A DNA stretch of 64,000 nt. Origin: Felis catus. Taxonomy: Eukaryota. Positions 61,767 through 64,000 of this stretch are shown here, in pieces. The translations under genes and the position numbers were made by a program. Location of the stretch: the NCBI RefSeq assembly GCF_018350175.1, contig NC_058368.1:28398001-28462000 (forward strand). The letters are read 5' to 3'. The notes beneath the pieces are model-generated. The model was not told the origin of the DNA and ran no database searches. It saw only the letters and a program-made list of their open reading frames with translations. The stretch's first letter is position 1. Every line of letters begins with the position of its first letter.

Positions 61767-61987
61767 GGGGCGCCTGGGTGGCGCAGTCGGTTAAGCGTCC
61801 GACTTCAGCCAGGTCAGGATCTCGCGGTCCGTGAGTTCGAGCCCCGCGTCAGGCTCTGGGCTGATGGCTCAGAGCCTGGAGCCTGTTTCCGATTCTGTGT
61901 TTCCCTCTCTCTCTGCCCCTTCCCCGTTCATGCTCTGTCTCTCTCTGTCCCAAATAAATAAATAAACGTTGAAAAAAAAATAAAAAA
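61767..61987 (+). mobile_element. Young Can-SINE (SINEC_Fc)
   Basis: Perfect TSD aaaatgattagtttc; CpGs intact. Confidence 0.94.
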
Positions 61988-62249
61988 AAAATGATTAGTT
62001 TCATTTCTTTTCCCTACAGGATAGTCATAGAGCCTAAGAAGGTAGGGGAAAGTATTTTATACTCTCAGTAATTCCCTTTGAAATTACATGTAAAAATCCA
62101 AGTTTTTGCCTGTTAAAAATAAGAAAAGGCAAAGAATACAACCTCTTCCAGAGGAAAATGAAATAACTCTATGTCCAAAGATAAAATTATTGATGTCCCT
62201 TATTAAGCTATTATGTAGTCACTTAGAGTCAGGAAGGTAAGGTAAGAAT

Positions 62250-63050
62250 AATAGTTAACATTTTTATTGTGTACAGACACTGTGATGAAGTATTCGATAC
62301 ATATTTATCCCATTAATTGTCCTGTTTTACAGCCAAGGAACCTAAGGCTCAGTGAAGTTGTGTGATTTTCCCACGATCCTGGGCTAATGAAGGAAAGACA
62401 AACTAGGGGGCCAGGTCTGCAGCTTATCCCACTATTATTCCCGCCCCACCCCCCACCCCCCCACTCCAAGCAAGTCCTGATCTTTGGTTAACTGTCAAAT
62501 ATAAATTTTGTCATTTCTCAAGTGCACCATTATACCAGCCTTGTAGCTGGGATCCCTATATCTCTCTAACCCCTTTCAAATCATTCTCCACTTCATGATG
62601 CAATGATCTTTTTCCAAAGCACAAATATGAGCATGACACATCTCTGCCTAACATGTTAGAGGGGATCTTCCTACTTTCCAGACAGAGTCAAAATTCTTCA
62701 GCTAACACGCAACACCTTCCACAATTCCCAGGATTCTCCATGATCTGAACCCTCCTTCTCTCCACCGTCATGTCTTTTGATGCTCTTCCCTTGCCCATGA
62801 GCTCTAACTCAACAGAATTACTTGTAGTGTCCCAAATGTATGAAGGTCCTTACTATCAAGCTCTACATGATGCTCTTTTTCAACTGGCTAATTCCTACTT
62901 CTCTTTGTTTGTGCTGAAAACCCAGTTTAGGTACAATCTCTTCTGTAAAGACTTCACTGAACTTACCAGACTGAGAGCCCTCTCTTCTGTGCAGCCATTA
63001 TACCCTGAAAATAACCTAAACATAGCTGATCATTTATTGTCTGTCCCTCA
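62250..63050. mobile_element. MIR (minus, ~62250-62430) and L2 (plus, ~62550-63050) fragments
   Basis: MIR core ttttacag..aaggaacctaaggctcag; L2 motifs tgatctttttccaaa..caaat, ttctgtaaagacttcactga. Confidence 0.6.
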
Positions 63051-63054
63051 AAAT

Positions 63055-63592
63055 ACATTCTCCAGCTTTCTCGCTTTGTGGCATCCTTAATGTCTGAATG
63101 ATTTTGTCACATACCCCTAGGCCTAAAGGAACAGCTAACAGTAGTTAAGTACACACAACTTAGTATTTATGTCCTAACAACTTAATAGCCGCTTGAAAAA
63201 ATAATACACATAGATTAAAAGAAAAAATAGTATCATATTTAACTCTTAAATAACGAGCTGTGAGCCTGTAGGCACTGTGTACGTCTCAAGCTTTGGAATC
63301 AGATTGGACAAGAACTCTCTCATTTCCTATTCAACACTGACTTTTGTGTGGTGTTTGCTTTTTGTCACAGTGACTACTGAAAACCCAAGCTTCGCAAAAA
63401 TGTGATGTCATCAAAAGAAGTGTAGTGCAATGATGTTTCAACTGTCCAGTACTTCAAGCTGTGTGCGGTCCAATAGATGTTGAGTATTACAATTAAATTC
63501 TCTTTGAAATTTGAACACATCTTATGGTAGCCCTCTGAATTCACCAGAGTGAGTGCCTGGAGGCCCCCTGCACACAGCTTGGGAATCGGCAC
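63055..63592 (-). mobile_element. MER119-like hAT-Charlie DNA transposon
   Basis: Resembles recalled MER119 in reverse (ccttggaatcagattggac-like, agcttcgcaaa..atg..gtcatc, cacagcttgggaa terminus). Confidence 0.72.
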
Positions 63593-64000
63593 TGTAAGCT
63601 GACTGGAGCTGGAGGGCAATCTTTTATGTCTACTCCCGGATGCCAACAGGCATTTAATATTGTTAAGTGAATGAAAAAATAACGTTATAACATCTTAGCA
63701 TGCTGTTACCAAGCATCTAGGAAACAAAGAATTGAGGGGAGAGGAGCTTTCTATAAGAGTAAATCAAAAAAATAAACTAATAGGAAGAATTTCGCTTCCA
63801 GGGATTTGAAGCCATTCGTTCCTGTTGTCAGGATGGAGGTGCAGCAGTTCACATCCTCTTTTTTATGACCTTACCATTAATAAATGAGCATCTATTGACT
63901 CACTAGACTGGTGTGATTTGGGTATGATACAAAAGAGACTAAAAATATGACTCTTACATCAAAAAGCTTTGAAACCAATTGGAAAGCAATAGGAATCTGG

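Larger units (their letters stand above)
3320..64000 (-). other. DGKH: DGKH transcription unit, 3' portion (exons ~13-30 plus long 3' UTR); 5' exons lie beyond the window end
   Basis: 18 minus-strand exons splice into one open frame matching recalled DGK-eta motifs ([29 protein letters not shown] domain). The 3' end is inferred from a poly(A) signal. Confidence 0.95.

Noticed and set aside
59898..64000. Searched for the next upstream DGKH exon (~12)
   Set aside because: No segment encoding the expected preceding peptide was found; the region is L1, SINE, MIR, L2 and MER119-like repeats, so the exon lies outside the window

Overview
Mammalian genomic DNA from a felid, judged by abundant SINEC_Fc-type Can-SINEs; the species cannot be fixed from sequence alone. 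The window holds the 3' part of DGKH (diacylglycerol kinase eta) on the minus strand. I traced 18 coding exons by hand (about exons 13-30 in human/mouse numbering, 59897 down to 16085). All have GT-AG boundaries and consistent phases, giving an uninterrupted 736-codon C-terminal frame: inter-catalytic linker, accessory catalytic domain, coiled region, SAM domain. The terminal exon is read in two frames depending on inclusion of the 131-nt SAM exon, the known eta1/eta2 switch. A probable 3' UTR of about 12.8 kb, poor in transposons, ends near a poly(A) signal at 3340-3345. The rest is intron or intergenic DNA with Can-SINEs, L1/L2/CR1/MIR fragments, hAT DNA transposons, MaLR LTRs and an 812-bp solo LTR nested in an old L1. 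I see no convincing wholly new biological system. The best candidates for undescribed biology are a 16-nt poison micro-exon in intron 22, two possible alternative terminal exons in intron 13, a 44-bp-arm intronic hairpin, a microsatellite forming the terminal splice acceptor, and the solo LTR. Exon numbers, isoform names and repeat family names come from recall, not database searches. Most ORFs in the supplied track are spurious.
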